From an uncultured Candidatus Rokubacteria bacterium (lineage in GTDB: Bacteria; Methylomirabilota; Methylomirabilia; Rokubacteriales; CSP1-6): DNA of 64,000 bases. The DNA is taken from positions 128,001 through 192,000 of the forward strand of contig CAVWWD010000006.1 in the NCBI GenBank assembly GCA_963758635.1, read 5' to 3'. Below the pieces are notes generated by a model that saw only the letters and a program-made list of their open reading frames with translations, was not told the DNA's origin and ran no database searches. The position numbers and the translations under genes were made by a program. Shown piece after piece: positions 48,017 to 58,431 of the stretch. The stretch's first letter is position 1. The number at the start of each line of letters is the position of its first letter.

Positions 48017-49158
48017 GTCCCGGGCAGGACGTGAATGGCTCCGCGGTGCATCGACACCTGCCAGCGCGCGTCGTGGGCGATGTCGAGCATCTCGTACACG
48101 AGCCGCGGCACCTCGATCTCCAGGTCCCAGTCGCCCTGGGCCGGCGGCTGATCACCGCCCGGCGCCGCCTCCACGAGGAACTGCAGGATGTACGACGTGC
48201 CCTGATCGAGCGCGCGCACCACGCGCCCCTCCATCAGGTTCATGTGGTGCGGGTCGGGACGCGGCGCGAGACGATCCTTCCGGACGAGGCGCACGTACTC
48301 GGGGCGGACGAAGAACGTCACCGGCGCCTCGGCGGCCGGCCGCCACCGGCGCGTCGTCGAGTTGATCGCCTCGAGCAGGTACCCCTTCCAGCGGAGCTGG
48401 ACGATCTCCGGCGTGGCCTTGAGGGCGACGCCGGCGAGGATGTTCCGGATGCCGATGAGCCGCGCCACCTGGCCCGACGCCGGGCTCGAGAGCACTTCGG
48501 ACTTGGGCGCGGCCTGGATGATCCGGCCGCCATCGTAGACGACGATGCGATCGGCCAGCTCGAACGCCTCGGCGAGGTCGTGGGTCACAAGGACGGTGGC
48601 GATGTGGAAGTCGCGGATGATCCGCCCGAGCTCGGCGCGGACGGCGCGACGGAGCGGCCCGTCGAGCGCGGACAGCGGCTCGTCGAGCAGGAGCAGCGCG
48701 GGATCGGGAGCCAGCGCGCGTCCGAGCGCCACCCGCTGCTGCTGCCCGCCGGACAGCTCGCGAGGACGCCGCTCCGCGAGCGCCGCGAGCCCGAGGCGCT
48801 CCAGCACCTCGCCGACGCGCGCGCGCCGGCGCTCGCGCGGCCAGTGGGCGATCCCGAAACCCACGTTGCCGGCCACGCTCAGGTGCGGGAAGAGCGCGTA
48901 GCCCTGGAACACGTAGCCCAGGCCGCGCTGCTGCGGCGGGACGTCCACGCCGGTGGCGCTGTCGAAGAAGACGCGCCCGTCCACCTCGACGTGGCCCGAG
49001 TCCGGCCGGGCCACCCCGGCCAGGCACTGGAGCGTCAGCGTCTTGCCCGCCCCCGATGGCCCGAACAGGGCGACCACCGGATCGTCCGCGTCCCAGGCCA
49101 CGTCCAGCGTGAAGCCGGGCAGCGCCTTGATGAGGCGCGCGTGGACGCGTCCGCTCAT
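48013..49158 (-). CDS. modC: Molybdate ABC transporter ATP-binding protein (ModC-like)
   Basis: LFGPSGAGKT, GYVFQGYALFPHL, LSGGQQQR; follows modB. Confidence 0.8.
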   Translation of the reverse strand: MSGRVHARLIKALPGFTLDVAWDADDPVVALFGPSGAGKTLTLQCLAGVARPDSGHVEVDGRVFFDSATGVDVPPQQRGLGYVFQGYALFPHLSVAGNVGFGIAHWPRERRRARVGEVLERLGLAALAERRPRELSGGQQQRVALGRALAPDPALLLLDEPLSALDGPLRRAVRAELGRIIRDFHIATVLVTHDLAEAFELADRIVVYDGGRIIQAAPKSEVLSSPASGQVARLIGIRNILAGVALKATPEIVQLRWKGYLLEAINSTTRRWRPAAEAPVTFFVRPEYVRLVRKDRLAPRPDPHHMNLMEGRVVRALDQGTSYILQFLVEAAPGGDQPPAQGDWDLEIEVPRLVYEMLDIAHDARWQVSMHRGAIHVLPGT

Positions 49159-49820
49159 GCCAGCCTCGCGCCCAGCCGCCCCGCCACCAGCAGGACCACG
49201 CAGGAGAGCACGGTGAGGGCCCCCACGAGCACCATCGCCTCGCCGCTCTCGCCGGTCTGCACGGCGGTGTAGATGGCGAGCGGCACGGTGGCGGTCCGGC
49301 CGGGGATGTTGCCGGCGAGCATGAGCGTGGCGCCGAACTCGCCCAGGGCACGCGCGAAGGCGAGAACGAGACCGGCGATGATCCCGTTCTTCGCCAGCGG
49401 CAGCGTCACCGACAGCGCGGTGGCCCACTCCGACCGGCCGAGCGTGTAGGCCGCGCGCTCGAGGTTCACGTCCACCGACTCGATGGCCGCGCGCGCCGTC
49501 CGCACCAGGAGCGGCAGGGCCATCACGGTGGCGGCGATCACGGCGGCGTACCAGGTGAAGGCCACCGTCCAGCCCGTGGCGGCGTACAGCGGGGCGCCGA
49601 GCCAGCCGCGCCGGCCGAGCAGCACGATGAGGTAGTAGCCGGTCACGGTGGGCGGCAGCACCAGGGGCAGCATCACCAGCAGGTCCACGATGTTCCGGCC
49701 CCAGAAGCGCCGCCGGGCGAGGACGTAGGCCAGGGGGATCCCGATCAGCGCGTTCAGCACGGTGGCCGCCACCGCTACCTGCACGGACAGCCGGAGGGCG
49801 GCGAGCGCCTCGGCGGTCAC
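49155..49820 (-). CDS. modB: Molybdate ABC transporter permease
   Basis: LPLVLPPTVTGYYL, FARALGEFGATLMLAGNIPGRT. Confidence 0.92.
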   Translation of the reverse strand: MTAEALAALRLSVQVAVAATVLNALIGIPLAYVLARRRFWGRNIVDLLVMLPLVLPPTVTGYYLIVLLGRRGWLGAPLYAATGWTVAFTWYAAVIAATVMALPLLVRTARAAIESVDVNLERAAYTLGRSEWATALSVTLPLAKNGIIAGLVLAFARALGEFGATLMLAGNIPGRTATVPLAIYTAVQTGESGEAMVLVGALTVLSCVVLLVAGRLGARLA

Positions 49821-49928
49821 GGGTGAATCGGGGGGCGCGGCGCGGGGATGGGACGGCAGGGGAAGGGCGTCATCGCGCCCCGATTATGCCATCCCGGCCG
49901 CGCGGCCCCGCCGCCTCAGCTCGCAAGG

Positions 49929-50627
49929 CTAGCCCGGACGGCGGCGCTGCTGGATCGACGTGAGGGCCCAGTTCACGAGGAAGGTGATGCCGAGCAGGAT
50001 GAGCGACAGCGCGATCGCGATGTCGAAGTTGCCCTTGCCCGTCTCCAGCACCGTCGCGGTGGTGAGCACGCGCGTGGAGCCCTTGATGTTGCCGCCGACC
50101 ATCATGGACGCGCCCACCTCGGAGATGACGCCGCCGAAGCCCGCCATGACCGCGGCGAGCATGGGCAAGCGGGCCTCCTTCAGGAGCGCCCACACCATCT
50201 GCGGGCGCGAGGCGCCGAGGGCGAGCAGCTGCAGCCGGAAGCGCGCCGGGATCTGCTGCACGGCGGCCAGCGTGAGGCCGGTCACGATCGGCGCGGCGAT
50301 GACGAGCTGGGCCAGCACCATGGCCGCCGGCGTGTAGAGCAGCTCGAAGGCGCCGAACGCTCCGTTCCGCCAGAGCAGGATGGTCACGAAGAGCCCGACG
50401 ACCACGGGCGGCAGGCCCATGCCGGTGTTGACGGCGCTGATCACCAGCGCGCGGCCGGGGAACCGCGCCAGCGCCAGCACGGTGCCCGCGGGAATCCCGA
50501 CCACGAGCGAGAGCAGCGTGGCCCCGCACGAGATCTGGAGCGACAGGAGCGTGACCGCCCAGATCTCCGGATCGCCGGCGAGGAGCAGCCGGAAGGCCTG
50601 GACGACGCCTTCCGCGATCAGGCCCAT
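49929..50627 (-). CDS. tupB: Tungstate ABC transporter permease
   Basis: NTGMGLPPVVVGL, ISEVGASMMVGGNI..TRVLTT. Confidence 0.87.
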   Translation of the reverse strand: MGLIAEGVVQAFRLLLAGDPEIWAVTLLSLQISCGATLLSLVVGIPAGTVLALARFPGRALVISAVNTGMGLPPVVVGLFVTILLWRNGAFGAFELLYTPAAMVLAQLVIAAPIVTGLTLAAVQQIPARFRLQLLALGASRPQMVWALLKEARLPMLAAVMAGFGGVISEVGASMMVGGNIKGSTRVLTTATVLETGKGNFDIAIALSLILLGITFLVNWALTSIQQRRRPG

Positions 50628-50636
50628 CGCGGGGGT

Positions 50637-51506
50637 CTAGAAGTCCTCGTCCTTCTTGCCGGCGATGGGGACGAACAGCGCCTGGCCGTACTTGTCCACG
50701 CCGAACGTCTTGATGACCCCCTGGACCTCCGGCGACAGCATGAAGTCGGCGAAGGCCTTGCCGCCCGCCTGGTTGACGCGGGGCCCGTTCGCCGGGTTCA
50801 CCTCCATCACCGAGTAGATGTTCAGGAGGGGCCGGTCGCGCTCGACGAGGATGGGCAGCGTGATCCGCTTCTGGAACGCGAGCCACGTCCCGCGGTCGGT
50901 CAAGGTGTACGCGCGCCGGTCGTTGGCGATGCCGAGCGTCTGCCCCATCCCCTGCCCCGACTCGATGTACCAGGCGCCCTTCGGCTCGACGCCCGCGGCC
51001 TTCCAGAGCGACTGCTCGAGGACGTGGGTGCCGGACTTGTCCCCGCGCGAGACGAAGCGCGACTGGGCGGCGGCGATGCGGCGCATCGCCTCGTCGGCCT
51101 TCACGCCCTTGACCTTCGCGGGATCGTCCTCGGGGCCGATCACGACGAAGTCGTTGTACATGACGAGCCGCCGGTTCCGCATCTTGCCGTCCTCGACGTA
51201 CTTCTTCTCCACGCTCGGCGCATGCGCGAGCGTCACGTCGGCCTCGCCGCGCGCGGCCAGGGCCAGGGCCTGCCCCGTGCCCACGGAGATCGTCTTCACC
51301 GTCATCCCGGTCTTCTTCTCGAACATCGGGACGAGCACGTCGAGGAGCCCGGAGTCCTGGGTGCTCGTCGTCGTCGACAGGATGACGATCTGCGAGGGGG
51401 GGGCCTGGGCGCGGGCGCCGCTCCACCCGAGGCCGAGGACAACGAGGGCGGCGAGGAACCCGAGGGCGGCTCGGCGGGTGGCACGGGTAGATGCGCGACG
51501 GTTCAT
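50637..51506 (-). CDS. tupA: Tungstate ABC transporter substrate-binding protein
   Basis: STTTSTQDSGLL (TTTS motif), MYNDF, FVSRGDKSGTH, YTLTDRGT. Confidence 0.9.
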   Translation of the reverse strand: MNRRASTRATRRAALGFLAALVVLGLGWSGARAQAPPSQIVILSTTTSTQDSGLLDVLVPMFEKKTGMTVKTISVGTGQALALAARGEADVTLAHAPSVEKKYVEDGKMRNRRLVMYNDFVVIGPEDDPAKVKGVKADEAMRRIAAAQSRFVSRGDKSGTHVLEQSLWKAAGVEPKGAWYIESGQGMGQTLGIANDRRAYTLTDRGTWLAFQKRITLPILVERDRPLLNIYSVMEVNPANGPRVNQAGGKAFADFMLSPEVQGVIKTFGVDKYGQALFVPIAGKKDEDF

Positions 51507-51748
51507 GCTCCGCTCCTCCTGGCGCGGTGCCAGGTGCTCGAGTTCGGGAAGATCATCGGCTGCACCGCGATCGGGGTGCGGTAGCGGAGACCGGTCGCCA
51601 CGCCGAACACGCCGAACCCGAGGAGCAGGCCCGCGGGGTCCATGCCGGTGATCGTGATGTAGCCGGCGAGGAACGGCACGAGCGTGCCGAGGTCGCCGAA
51701 GGCTCCTCCGAGCTCGCGCAGCGTGTAGTCGTTGCCGCCCAGGCGCAT
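51503..51748 (-). pseudogene. Truncated MOT1-type sulfate/molybdate transporter (N-terminal ~65 aa only)
   Basis: ELGGAFGDLGTLVP ... P(I)AVQPM signature, then abrupt loss of similarity. Confidence 0.75.
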
Positions 51749-51782
51749 CGCCGCTCGCCGCGCCGTCCCCTCGCGGCGACGG

Positions 51783-51799
51783 CGAGCATATTATGCTCG
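51783..51799. promoter_or_regulatory. Palindromic operator over a putative -10 box upstream of the Mo/W uptake operon
   Basis: CGAGCATA-T-TATGCTCG; minus strand TTGACT-N18-TATGCT. Confidence 0.6.
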
Positions 51800-51893
51800 G
51801 CGCAGCAGAGTCAAACGCGAGCCCGCGACGGCTCTCGGAGAGGACGCCGCGCCCTGCCGTCGACGCGTGGTGAGGCCCGCCGCCGGGCTCGGG

Positions 51894-52697
51894 TCAGCCG
51901 CGGGCCGCGGTGACGAGGTGGCCCTCGAGCGGAATCTCCGCCGCGCCCCCCGGAACGACGAACGGGCGCAGCACGGCGCGCGCGTCGTCGCGGATCCGCG
52001 CGTACACGTCGTCGCTCATGCGCTCCCGGAGCGGCGTGCTCTCGACCTCGGTGGCGACGAACGCGTCGATGGAGGGGCACTTGACGTGCCCGAGGTGCGT
52101 GCGTCTGGCCACGACGCGCAGGCCCGCGGCCTCGATCCAGCGCCCGAGCTCGTCCGGGTCGCCGCACGCGAAGTACGCGCCGAGGAGCGCGAGGGCGTCC
52201 GGCCCGGCGTGCCGGGCGACCATCTCGACGAACGGGGCGTACGCGGGCTGGGCGGCGAGCGCGGCGGGCACGACGAGGCCGACGGTACCCCGCTCCGTCA
52301 CGACGCGGGCCATCTCGCGGAGCGCGCGGACGCGATCCGGGAAGAACATGAGCGCCATCTGACAGAGCACGACGTTGAACGAGTCGTCCGGGAACGGGAG
52401 ACTCGCGGCGTCGCCCTCGCGCCAGTCGATCTCCGGGCGCACGCGCCGGGCGACGCCCAGCATCGCGGGGTTCAGGTCGACGCCGACCACGCGCCCGTCG
52501 CCGCGCTGCGCGTCGGCCGCCGTGCGCGCGACGATGCCGGTGCCGCACGCGACGTTGAGGACCGCCTGGCCGGGCGCGACGCGCGCCACGTCGACGAGGA
52601 GCGGCGCCCACTCCGCGAAGAGCGCGGGCACGAACGTGGACTCGTACATCTCCGCGGCCGCCGCCGAGAGCTGGAACTTCTCGATGTCCGTCTGCAT
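51894..52697 (-). CDS. Class I SAM-dependent methyltransferase (UbiE-like)
   Basis: YESTFVPALF, VACGTG, GVDLNPAML, GDAASLPF. Confidence 0.87.
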   Translation of the reverse strand: MQTDIEKFQLSAAAAEMYESTFVPALFAEWAPLLVDVARVAPGQAVLNVACGTGIVARTAADAQRGDGRVVGVDLNPAMLGVARRVRPEIDWREGDAASLPFPDDSFNVVLCQMALMFFPDRVRALREMARVVTERGTVGLVVPAALAAQPAYAPFVEMVARHAGPDALALLGAYFACGDPDELGRWIEAAGLRVVARRTHLGHVKCPSIDAFVATEVESTPLRERMSDDVYARIRDDARAVLRPFVVPGGAAEIPLEGHLVTAARG

Positions 52698-52788
52698 GGC
52701 CCTGTCCTCCTCCGCCTTCGATCGGTTTCGAGCCCATCGTCGCGCGTCACGATCGGGCGCGCGTCACGCGGCAGTGTATGATTGCCGC

Positions 52789-53925
52789 GTGACCCGACAC
52801 CATGACGGGCCATCCGCTTCTCCTGCTCGATCATCCAGCCCCGAGTGCTCGCTTGATCCACCGTCCGGCGCGCTTGCTCCGGCGTCCACCGGCGCGGCGG
52901 GCATCGACCCGCTCTCCGACGTCCTGCGCGCGGTGCGGCTCACCGGCGCGGTGTTCTTCCGGGTCGAGGCGCGGGCGCCGTGGGTCATCGAGGTGCCCGA
53001 CACGTCGCGGCTGTCCTCGGTCACGCTTCCGCGCGCCCAGCACGTGATCTCGTACCACGTCGTGACGCGCGGCGCGTGCTGGGGGGCGCTCGTCGACGAC
53101 GCGCCGGTGCGGTTGACCGAGGGCGACGTCCTCGTCATTCCCCACGGCGACGCGTACGTCATGTCGATGGCGCCGGGCATGCGCGGCGGGCCCGACACCG
53201 CCGAGGTCCTCGCATTCATGCAGGCGATGGTGGCGGGGCGCCTGCCCTTCACGATCGTGGAGGGCGGCGACGGCCCAGAGAGGCTCGAGCTGGTGTGCGG
53301 CTTCCTCGGCTGCGACGTGCATCCGTTCAACCCGCTGCTGGCCGCGCTGCCTCGCGTGCTTCCCGTCCGCCAGGCGTTCGCGGCCGGCGACCCGCTCGGC
53401 CGGCTCATCGAGCTCACGATCGCGGAGTCGCAGGAAAGGCGCGCGGGCAGCGAGTGCGTACGGCTGCGCCTGAGCGAGCTGATGTTCGTGGAGGTGGTGC
53501 GCCGTCACCTCGCCGCGCTTCCCGAGCAGCAGACGGGATGGCTGGCCGGCCTGCGGGACCGCACCGTCGGCCGCGCGCTCGCGGTCCTGCACGACCGGCC
53601 GGGCGACGCCTGGAGCCTCGAGGGCCTCGCCCGGGAGGCCGGCCTCTCGCGCTCCGCGCTGGCCGAGCGGTTCGCGCATCTCGTCGGCGAGCCGCCGATG
53701 CAGTACCTCACGCGGTGGCGGATGCAGGTGGCGGCCCGCCTCCTCGCCGATGGGGAGACCAAGGTCTCGGCGGTGGGCCTCCAGGTGGGCTACGACTCCG
53801 AGGCGGCGTTCAGCCGCGCGTTCAAGAAGGCGACCGGCGTCCCACCCGCGGCCTGGCGCACCCACCACGGCTGGCCGCCAGCGCGGTCCAGCGCGCCGCC
53901 GCCACCCGGCCCGCCCTCGGGTTGA
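52789..53925 (+). CDS. AraC-family regulator with cupin domain (start uncertain)
   Basis: DPLSDVL..VRLTGAVF, SRSALAERF, PPMQYLTRWRM, VGYDSEAAFSRAFKK. Confidence 0.9.
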   Translation: MTRHHDGPSASPARSSSPECSLDPPSGALAPASTGAAGIDPLSDVLRAVRLTGAVFFRVEARAPWVIEVPDTSRLSSVTLPRAQHVISYHVVTRGACWGALVDDAPVRLTEGDVLVIPHGDAYVMSMAPGMRGGPDTAEVLAFMQAMVAGRLPFTIVEGGDGPERLELVCGFLGCDVHPFNPLLAALPRVLPVRQAFAAGDPLGRLIELTIAESQERRAGSECVRLRLSELMFVEVVRRHLAALPEQQTGWLAGLRDRTVGRALAVLHDRPGDAWSLEGLAREAGLSRSALAERFAHLVGEPPMQYLTRWRMQVAARLLADGETKVSAVGLQVGYDSEAAFSRAFKKATGVPPAAWRTHHGWPPARSSAPPPPGPPSG

Positions 53926-53978
53926 GGAGTCTCACCCCGAGCCCCCCGGGACCGCGCGTGTCTCCGCCCGGCGGGGGC

Positions 53979-54009
53979 TTGACCCGGCCCAGTTGATGCT
54001 CTAGCATCA
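53979..54009 (+). promoter_or_regulatory. vapBC promoter with overlapping palindromic operator
   Basis: TTGACC-N17-TAGCAT; TGATGC-TCTA-GCATCA at 53994-54009. Confidence 0.7.
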
Positions 54010-54014
54010 GATGC

Positions 54015-54257
54015 ATGCGCACCACGCTCGACATCGACGAGGACGTGCTCAGGGCCGCCAAGGAGCTGGCCCGCCGCGAGAAGAAGACTGCCGGCCAGGT
54101 GATCTCCCAGCTCGCCCGCCGAGCGCTCGGCGGGGAGCCCATCACGGGCGCCGTCAGGGAGCCGAAGGCCTTGTACGGCTTTCGCCCGTTCGCGCGGCGC
54201 GGCGGGATAGTGACCAACGAGACGATCGACGGGCTGCGAGACGACGACGCCTACTGA
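54015..54257 (+). CDS. vapB: VapB-type RHH antitoxin
   Basis: MRTTLDIDEDVLRAAKELA; TGATG overlap with the PIN gene. Confidence 0.88.
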   Translation: MRTTLDIDEDVLRAAKELARREKKTAGQVISQLARRALGGEPITGAVREPKALYGFRPFARRGGIVTNETIDGLRDDDAY

Positions 54258-54685
54258 TGCGGGCGCTGCTCGACATCAACGTCCTGGTCGCGCTGCTGGA
54301 TGCCGACCACTCGCTGCACGATCGGGCGCGGCACTGGCTCGGCGAGAATATCAGGAGCGGCTGGGCGTCGTGCCCGATCACCCAGAACGGGTGCGTGCGC
54401 GTCATGGCGCAGCCGAGCTACCCGAACGCGCTGAGCGTTCGTCCCGTCGTCGAGCGCCTCCGCGAGGCGACCCGGAGCTCACACCACGAGTTCTGGCCCG
54501 ATGACGTGAGTCTGCTGGAGCCGCGCACCATCGATGCCGGCCGCGTCCACGGGCCGCGTCAGCTGACCGACGCCTATCTCCTCGCGCTCGCCGTCCACCG
54601 GCGGGGGCGCTTCGTGACGTTCGACGCGTCGGTGTCCGCGAGCGCGGTCATCGGGGCCGAGAAGCGGCACCTCGTCACCCTGTAA
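54257..54685 (+). CDS. vapC: VapC PIN-domain toxin
   Basis: LLDINVLVAL, TDAYLLALA, FVTFD. Confidence 0.9.
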   Translation: MRALLDINVLVALLDADHSLHDRARHWLGENIRSGWASCPITQNGCVRVMAQPSYPNALSVRPVVERLREATRSSHHEFWPDDVSLLEPRTIDAGRVHGPRQLTDAYLLALAVHRRGRFVTFDASVSASAVIGAEKRHLVTL

Positions 54686-54747
54686 ACCGGGAGGCGAGCG
54701 GCAACTCGAGGCGAGCTCGACGCGACGCGATGGTCGGCGCGCGAGGA

Positions 54748-55497
54748 TCAGTGGAAGAAGACCCCCGCGTCGATGTTCAGCACCTGGCCGGTGGCGCTGT
54801 CGTTCCGGCAGAACGCCACGACCTGGGCGGCCACGTCCTCCACGTCGACCTTGCGCTTGAGGACGGCGCGCGAGAGCGCGCCCGAGACGGTCTCGGGGCG
54901 GAGCCGCGAGGTCATCCGCGTGCCCTCCATGAGGCCGGGGGCCACGCAGTTCACGGACACTTCGGGGGCCAGCGCCACGGCGAGGCACCGGGTCAGGTGG
55001 ATGAGGCCGGCCTTGCTCGTGGCGTAGCCGATGCTGCTGCCGCCGGGGTTCAGGCCGGCGACCGACGCGATGTTCACGATGCGCCCGGCGCCGCTCGCCT
55101 TGAGGTGCGGCGCGGCCGCGCGACAGATCAGGTAGGGTCCGCGGAGGTTGGTCGAGAAGAGCCGGTCCCAGACGGCGGCGTCCAGCGCCTCCAGGTCCGG
55201 GTACGGGATCGGGATGTTCCAGCCCGCGTTGTTCACGAGGATGTCGAGGCGCCCGGTCTGCGCCACCACCGACTTCACCGCGGCCGAGATGGCCTCGCCG
55301 TCGGTCTGGTCCAGCGTGACGCTCCACGCCTTCCGCCCGAGGGCCTCGACCGCGGCGCACGCCTCCTTCGCCGCGTCGTGCCGCTCGAGGTAGGTGATCG
55401 CGACGTGCGCCCCCGCGCCGGCCAGGGCCCGGGCGATGGCCGTGCCGAGGAGCCCGGTCCCGCCGGCGACGAGGGCGACCTTGTCCTTGAGGTCCAC
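54748..55497 (-). CDS. SDR family oxidoreductase
   Basis: AGGTGLLG, LVNNAG, YATSKA. Confidence 0.9.
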   Translation of the reverse strand: MDLKDKVALVAGGTGLLGTAIARALAGAGAHVAITYLERHDAAKEACAAVEALGRKAWSVTLDQTDGEAISAAVKSVVAQTGRLDILVNNAGWNIPIPYPDLEALDAAVWDRLFSTNLRGPYLICRAAAPHLKASGAGRIVNIASVAGLNPGGSSIGYATSKAGLIHLTRCLAVALAPEVSVNCVAPGLMEGTRMTSRLRPETVSGALSRAVLKRKVDVEDVAAQVVAFCRNDSATGQVLNIDAGVFFH

Positions 55498-55499
55498 GG

Positions 55500-57843
55500 C
55501 TACCGCTTCGCCCCCCCGTTGCCCTTCGCCGCGACGATGCCGAGCGCGATCCGCTCCGGCGTGATCGGCAGCTCGGTGAGCCGGACGCCGGTGGCGTCTT
55601 CCACCGCGTTGGCGATGCACGCGGGGGCGGGCACGATCGGCGGCTCGCCGACGCCGCGCGCCCCGAACGGGCCGGACGGCGCGGGCACCTCGACGATGAT
55701 CGTCTCGATGTCCGGGAGATCCGCGGCGGTGAGCTTGCGATAGTCGAGCAGGCTCGGGTTGGTGAGCCGTCCGTTGTCGTCGAACAGCAGGCCCTCGGTC
55801 ATGGCCATGCCCAGGCTCTGCACCGAGCCGCCCTGCATCTGGCCCTCGACGCCGAGGGGGTTGATGGCCTTGCCCACGTCCTGCACCACCACGAAGTCGT
55901 GGAGCGTCACCTCGCCGGTGTCGGCGTCCACCTCCACGCGCGCGAGCTGGGCGCAGAAGGCTGGGGCCTGCTGGGTGAAGCTCGGCCGCGCCGTGCCGAG
56001 CACGGGCTGCACCTTGGACATGTAGAGGTTGCCCTTCTTGCCGATCGTCGCGAGCGTCACACCCTTGTCGGGCATGCCGCGCACGGTGACGCGGTCGCCC
56101 ACGATCTCCAGGTCGTGGATGGAGGCCTCGAGCTCGCCCGCGCCGATCTCGAGCGTCTGCCGGCGCGCGTCCTCGGCGGCCTGCATCACCGCGGTGCCCA
56201 CGGTGTAGATCGTCTTGCTGCCCGCGCTGAGGCCGGTGAGCGGCGCCACGTCGGTGTCGCCGGTGGTGATCTTCACGCGGTCGAGGTCCACGCCGTAGGC
56301 CGACGCGGCGATCTGGGCCAGCGCGATGTTGGTGCCCGCGATGTCGACCTGCCCGGTGAGCACGGCGAGCGTGCCGTCGGGATTCAGGCGGACGGTCGCG
56401 CTGGTGGGCTGGAGGCCGCCGAGCCAGCCGCCGAGGGCGAGGCCGGTGCCGCGGAGCCCGTGGCCGTCCTTGTTCCCGCTCGCCGCCCACGCCTTCCGGC
56501 CCTTCCAGAGCGGGTGCTGGGCGATCCGATCCAGGACCTGCTTGGCGCCGTTCGACTGCCACGGCTGGCCGTTGGCCATGGGATCGCCGGGAGCCATGAG
56601 GTGCCGCGCGCGGAACTCCACGGGGTCCATGCCGATGAGCCGCGCGAGCTGCTCCATGTGGGAGTCGATCGCGAAGATGGTCTGCGGGGCCACCGGCGCC
56701 CGGTACGCGGCCACGCTCGGCTTGTGGGTGAGGACCTCGATGCCGCGGATCTCGAACGCCGGCCACTTGTAGAGGCTGGCGAGGAAGACGCCGCTCACCG
56801 CGAGCACGGTGCCGGAGAAGGCGCCGGTGTCGAGCACGGTGTCGCCCTCGATGGCCATCAGCGTGCCGTCGCGCTTGACGCCGGCCTTGAGCTTGATGAT
56901 GACCTGGGGCGCGGGCATGCCGCCCTCGAGCTCCTCGCGCCGGGTCATGACGTAGCGCACCGGCCGGCCGGTGACGCGCGCGAGCACGGCGGTGATGGGC
57001 TCGCAGAGCGCGCGGATCTTGCCGCCGAAGCCGCCGCCGCACTCCACCGGGATCACCTTGATCTGGCTCTCGGGGATCTCGAGGATGTTCCGCCACCTCC
57101 GAGCGCGTGTTGAACGAGCCCTGCGTGCTCGCCCAGAGCGTGAGGAAGCCGGTCTGGTCCCACTGCGCCAGCACCGCGTGCGGCTCGAGGTAGCCCTGGT
57201 GGACCATCGGCACGCGGTAGGTCTTCTCGAGGATCACGTCGGAGGCGGCGAAGCCCGCGGCGACGTCGCCGCGCGCGAGCTTGTTCTGCTGCGACACGTT
57301 GGCCGCCTTGGCCGGCGCGGCCTCCGCGGTCTTGGCCACCGCCACCGCGCCGTGGGCCATGGCCTCGCTCGTGTCGGCCTCGGTGCCCGCCTCGGCCACG
57401 CCGGGGGCGCCCGGCTGCATCGACTTGAGCGGGTCGATGGACGCGGGCAGCACCTCGTACTCGACCTCGATGAGGTCGAGCGCTTCCTCGGCGATGGCCA
57501 GCTCGTCGGCGGCCACCGCGGCCACGGGCTGGCTCACGAACACCACGCGGTCGATGGCGAGCACGGCGTGGGCGCGCGTGGGCGCCTTCTTCTTGAGCTG
57601 CGGGATGTCGGCGGCGGTGATGACGGCGCGCACGCCGGGCAGAGCCTTGGCCCGGCTCGTGTCGATCCGCTTGATGCGGGCGTGGGCGTGCGGGCTCCGC
57701 AGGAGCTTGGCGTGGAGCAGCCCCTTGGGCTGCATGTCGGCCACGTACTCGACCTTGCCCGTCACCTTCTCGGCGCCGTCGGCCCGCGGGATGGCCAGAC
57801 CGACTCCCCCCTTCACGTCGCGCGTGGTCTTCATCGTCGCCAT
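55500..57843 (-). CDS. Xanthine dehydrogenase-family molybdopterin-binding subunit (frameshift ~57090)
   Basis: LRSPHAHARI, HQGYLEPH, GGGFGGK, AYRAP, EGQMQGG, GARGVGEPP. Confidence 0.9.
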
Positions 57844-58415
57844 GGCGTTACCTCTTCCAGGTGTGAAGCATGCGGATCTTGGCGTCGGCGAGCGGGCAAC
57901 ACCGCGCTGCGTACCCGAGTGTCGTCTCGCCCATTCGTCCTCTGCGAGGGGGCGGCGGCCGCCGCCTCGGTGATGGCGGTGATCATCTTGGTGTACCCGG
58001 TGCAGCGGCAGAGGTTGCCCGCGATGCCGTAGCGGATCTCCTCGGGCGTCGGCTGCGGGTGCTCGGCGATGACGGCGGCGGCGGCCATGAGCACGCCGGG
58101 GATGCAGAACCCGCACTGGGGCACGCCGTGCCGCACGAACGCGTCCTGGAGCGGGGTGAGCGCGCCCATCTTCCCGAGTCCCTCGATCGTGCGCACGTTG
58201 CGGCCCCGCGCCTGGAGACCCAGCATGAGGCAGCTCGCCACCGGCTCGCCGTCCAGGTGCACGGTGCACGCCCCGCAGTCGCCGGTGCCGCAGCCTTCCT
58301 TGGGGCCGGTGAGGCCGAGCCCCTCGCGGAGCACGTCGAGGAGCGTCTCGTAGGGCCGGGCCAGGACCTCGGCGGGCTCGTCGTTGACGGTGAAGCTCAG
58401 GACCTGTTTCGCCAC
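57831..58415 (-). CDS. XDH-family 2x[2Fe-2S] subunit
   Basis: KEGCGTGDCGACTV, QCGFCIPG, GNLCRCTGY. Confidence 0.93.
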   Translation of the reverse strand: MAKQVLSFTVNDEPAEVLARPYETLLDVLREGLGLTGPKEGCGTGDCGACTVHLDGEPVASCLMLGLQARGRNVRTIEGLGKMGALTPLQDAFVRHGVPQCGFCIPGVLMAAAAVIAEHPQPTPEEIRYGIAGNLCRCTGYTKMITAITEAAAAAPSQRTNGRDDTRVRSAVLPARRRQDPHASHLEEVTPWRR

Positions 58416-58431
58416 GATCGCGTCCTCCGGC

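Noticed and set aside
54748..58269. 1173-aa ORF joining XDH N-terminus and SDR
   Set aside because: Artefact of the frameshift at ~57090 plus stop-free shadow frames. The SDR has its own start at 55497.
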